Shown piece after piece: positions 60,325-64,000 of a stretch of 64,000 nt of DNA; position 1 is the stretch's first letter, and each line of letters starts with the position of its first letter. The notes below the pieces were generated by a model. The model ran no database searches, had not been told where the DNA came from, and saw only the letters and a program-made list of their open reading frames with translations. Location: positions 14,976 to 78,975 of the forward strand of contig NW_015175443.1 of assembly GCF_001447785.1 (NCBI RefSeq). The letters run 5' to 3'. Both the position numbers and the translations under genes were made by a program. The DNA comes from Gekko japonicus (taxonomy: Eukaryota).

Positions 60325-61757
60325 TGACTATGTTATGTGCAGACGAAGCTATGTTTCTATCTTTTGCCTAAATGCTTCTCACGGTTTTCTTCTAAGTGAA
60401 CCAGTTTATATCAACTCATAGAAATCAATCATCTTGGAAATCTTTGTGGGGAAAGGAAGACCTCATGACCTTTTCTAGTTCTTTCACTCTAGTTTTGCAT
60501 AGCATGGATTTTTTTCCTTCATTTTTGATTTTATGCGACTTTTCACAATCCCTTATGCTTAATTCATTTATTTATGGTTGCCCCTCTTTCCCACAGTCTG
60601 GCGACTTCCAAGGTTAATTACTGCAAGGTTCTCCATGGGAGGCTGCCTTTGACGATGGTTCAGAAACATCAGCAGGTCCAAAATACAGCAGATTTATTAG
60701 TATCTGGGCCCGGGGAACATGTTTCTTCTATAAGGAAAGCTCGTTGACTTTCATTTGTTCCCTCCAATACAAATTGATTTACCTGTAAGGCCCTAAATGA
60801 TCTCAGATCAGGTTATCATAAAGACCCTCCCATATGAACCTGCGCATCAATTCAGACGAAGGCCCCTTTTCCATGTGCATCCACCTTCTGAAGTTAGGCA
60901 GATAGCTACTGCCCTTCTCTGTGGTGGCTTCCTAATAGTGAAACTCCTTCTCTACTTAGATTCTGCCAGCACTTATACTAATATCTTTCAAGCTGCTGGT
61001 GAAGCCCATCCTTCAGAACATATGCAAGAACTTTTGCTTCCTGAAATACATGGCTTCATAGCTGGATTAATTGTTTCTTTTATACTAGATGTTTACTTTT
61101 ATTGACTTTGTTTTTAAAGCAGAAAAGTGGGATAAAAATTCCTTAGATAAGTACATTGCCAAAACCAGCTGAGCGGCATCGTAGTATATATCTGGGTACA
61201 TGAATTCTCAGTTTTTATATGCGTTTGCAGATTGTTCATAATTGACCTTCATCTTAATTTCTAGCCCAATAATGTCCCCCAGGCTTTTAATACCCATGAT
61301 GAAACGGAGAGCAGCAAAGTACCGAACAAAAGAATATTGGAAAATTCATATTAGAATCTTGAAACCGAAGGTGTTAAAAAGCTACTGTGATATGTTGGTG
61401 AATTGTTCCACTGAGATGTAAGGAAACCCAGAATGAATGAAGTCCAAGTTACTCATGGCACTGAGTCACATATTTTGCCACATCTTTTTTTGTTTGCCAA
61501 AAAGAGTCATACAAACTGCAGCTTAGAACAGAGGACTAGCAGAGGAAAGGGCTTCTTTTCACCTCTAGAAATTTTCCCACTCAAATTTACCCTTCAAGGT
61601 ATTGGCCCTGAGGAGAGATGATACAAATATATATATCTCCAGGGGAGTGGTTGTCAATATTGAGTAGAAAAACAAGTAAGACAGTAAGGGATTTGATCTC
61701 AGATCCCTCCAGCTAAGGCTAACATTCTATCCGGTACACCATTTATTTACTTATGTC

Positions 61758-61880
61758 CCACATGACCACGGAAATGTCTTCAGACAGCGCTGGCTCTTCA
61801 GCTATGAAATGGAGATGAGCACCGCAACCCTAGAGTCGGATTCGACTGGCTTTCGAGCAAGGGAACCTTTACCTTTTACC
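61758..61880 (+). mobile_element. 5'-truncated Sauria SINE
   Basis: 3' third of the family with ACCTTT tail. Confidence 0.8.
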
Positions 61881-62283
61881 CACCTTCCTCCCCGACAGGG
61901 ACCAAAGGAAGCTAACATCATTCTCCTCTCCTCCATTTTATTCTCACAGTAACCCTGTGGGGTAGGTTAGGCTGAGAGTGTGTGACTAGACCAAGGTCAC
62001 CCAGCAAGCTTCCATGGCCGAGTAAGGATTTGTACCTGCACCTCCCAGTTCCTAGTCAAACACTCTATACCCACTACACAGTGCTGGCTGTCCATTAGAT
62101 CTCATGTGGGTCTCATATAGTAAATAAGATAGTTTGAGTTTAATGCATCAGAAAAACTCTGATTTAACTTAAATGGTAGGGTATAATACATTGAGACGTT
62201 TTACTACACAAATGCCATTGAAATATACTGGAGCTGTGCAAGACCATTATGAATAAGTTAATAGGGCAATTTCATAGAAACAG

Positions 62284-62708
62284 TGTTGGATATTTAACAG
62301 AGTAAAGCCATGATGCAGCACACATGTATAAATTAGCTAAAAGAAAGTTTACTAAGAAAATTAGGAAGGGTTACTTGAGAGGATAAAAACAATAGTCTAG
62401 CTAACTAGCTACATCTTTCTAGTTACTGGTTACTCCTAGATGGATTCTAACATCTCATTTTAGAACAAAGGGAGGAAGAAGAAACCCCCAAATGTGTACA
62501 TGCAAAATCTCAGGTAACATCGCCCAAATATTGATTAGCCAATGACCAGGCTAAAGGTCACTTCATTATGAATAAGACTCCTCCTTCTAGCACAGGAAAT
62601 AAGTGCACGACAGCTCATTGGTCCTAAGATAACTAGCAATTAGCATACATAAACAAACAGGTTAACTGTTTCATGACTTCAGGGACAGAAGTTGCAAATA
62701 TCGCAACA
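62284..62708 (-). mobile_element. 3' LTR of a Ty1/copia element
   Basis: TGTTG...CAACA termini; polypurine tract GAGAAGGGG (62709-62717, minus strand) directly adjacent, just after the RNase H ORF. Confidence 0.75.
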
Positions 62709-64000
62709 CCCCTTCTCAGGTTCATGTACGGAAGTCACGAAGGTTCAGCTTCTTGCACAAGCATTCAAATTTCCCTCTCGCGAGTGGCTTGGAAAGTATA
62801 TCAGCAACCATCTCTTCTGAGGGACAATACTTGATCTCAGTTAGCCCTTGTTGCTGCATCTCTCTCACAGAATAATATTTGGCCACAATATACTTGCTTC
62901 TTGCTTTGATGCTCTCACTCTTGGATAAGGCTATGCATGCCTGATTGTCCTCAAACAAAGTTATTGGTTTAGGTTCATCAACATCAAAGTTTTTTAGTAG
63001 ACAGATGATCAATTTTTCACTGCAGGCATTTGCAGCAGATGTGTACTCAGCCTTGGCTACTGATTTGGCAACTACTGGTTGCTTTTCTCTAGTCCAGCTG
63101 ATCAGGCTGTCTCCATAGAAGAATAGGTAGCCACTTGTTGACTTGTAATCAGTCTGGTCTTCACACCAGTCAGTGTCCATGTCTCCAACCAGTCTCAGGT
63201 TGTCCCAAGCTGAGATCTTTCGTTCCGAGTCAGCAGTTTTTATGAGGCATTTGGCCAGTCTCTTTACAGCATTCCAGTCATAATTATTTGATGAACTGGT
63301 CTTTCTACATAATATCCCAAGAGCTGCAGATATGTCAGGTCTTGAAGTTTGCCAGTTGCTTCTCTGTATTGTTGGTTGCTCTCAAGCAACACTCCAATCT
63401 TAAGTCTGAGGTAGGCTGCTTAAAGTGGAGTACTAACTCCTTTGGCATCCTTTAGGCCCAGGGACTCTTCAAAGTCCATAATCTTGTTTCTTTGGTTCAG
63501 GAAAAAACTCCCATTCTCAGTTCCTTTAATTTGTATTCCAAGGTAGCAGCCCAGTTCTCCCAACTGTCTGACTTCCACCTTTTTGTTCAAGTTATCTGCA
63601 ATTTCCTGACCATCTTCTTTGGTTTGGCAGCATAATAACAGTCCATCCATGTATGCCAGTACATACTGATACAGTCCATCTTTAAGTCTGGCAAATAGGC
63701 AGGTGTTTGCCTTCCCTTGTTGAAAGCCTTGACTTTGCAGCAGCATAATTAATTTCTCAATCCATGCTATGGTAGCTTGTTCCTCAGATAGATCTCCATT
63801 GAGGAATGCTGTCTTAAAGTCCAGATGCTCAACATGCATCTTTCTAGATGCTGCAATACTTACTAGTGCCCTGAAGGTGGAGTATTTGACAACTAGTGCA
63901 AGCTGCTCAATCACTTCCTCACAGCTTGAAGATTCACTCTCAGGTTGCACATTTACACACAAGGTGTACTTTTGAGGTGGTACTCCCTTATTGCTTCTCT
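62709..64000 (-). mobile_element. Ty1/copia LTR retrotransposon, degenerate RT-RNase H
   Basis: HLDFKTAFLNGDL, LAYMDGLL (YVDD variant), YLGIQI, DTDW...KSTSGY, AEY, LFEDNQAC, EMVADILSKPL. Confidence 0.92.

Overview
Eukaryotic (vertebrate) DNA. The repeat content (Sauria SINE, 5S-derived SINE, Bov-B/RTE, CR1, L1, Penelope, copia) points to a squamate reptile, possibly a gecko; this is an inference. The window is part of the variable region of a clustered protocadherin-alpha (Pcdha) locus on the minus strand. It holds six large single variable exons, labelled here by position. V1 (<1-1525) is frameshifted by a 49-bp deletion. V2 (13507-15864) is intact. V3 (23038-25394) has a 1-bp deletion exactly at the EC4/EC5 boundary. 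Vpsi (~38190-39330) is an old truncated pseudo-exon. V4 (43350-45704) and V5 (57733-60105) are intact. Each has a CTCF-type conserved sequence element (CSE) ~200-240 bp upstream, and V2-V5 end at GT donors (phase 0 for the intact exons). The constant exons must lie beyond the left edge of the window. V1-V3/Vpsi sit in tandem segmental duplications whose intergenic DNA has clearly diverged and gained independent transposon insertions, whereas promoters and individual cadherin domains are near-identical in a patchwork (gene conversion). The most notable observations are: a lesion predicting a soluble EC1-EC4 (trans-recognition module) protein; a domain-swapped chimeric exon; homogenised promoters whose CSE lost the CGCT CpG; and Penelope-derived hammerhead ribozyme relics. 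The assembly has three N gaps (1954-1986, 6019-6058, 40205-40347), so lesions and mosaicism need read-level validation. All alignments and mismatch counts were done by eye.
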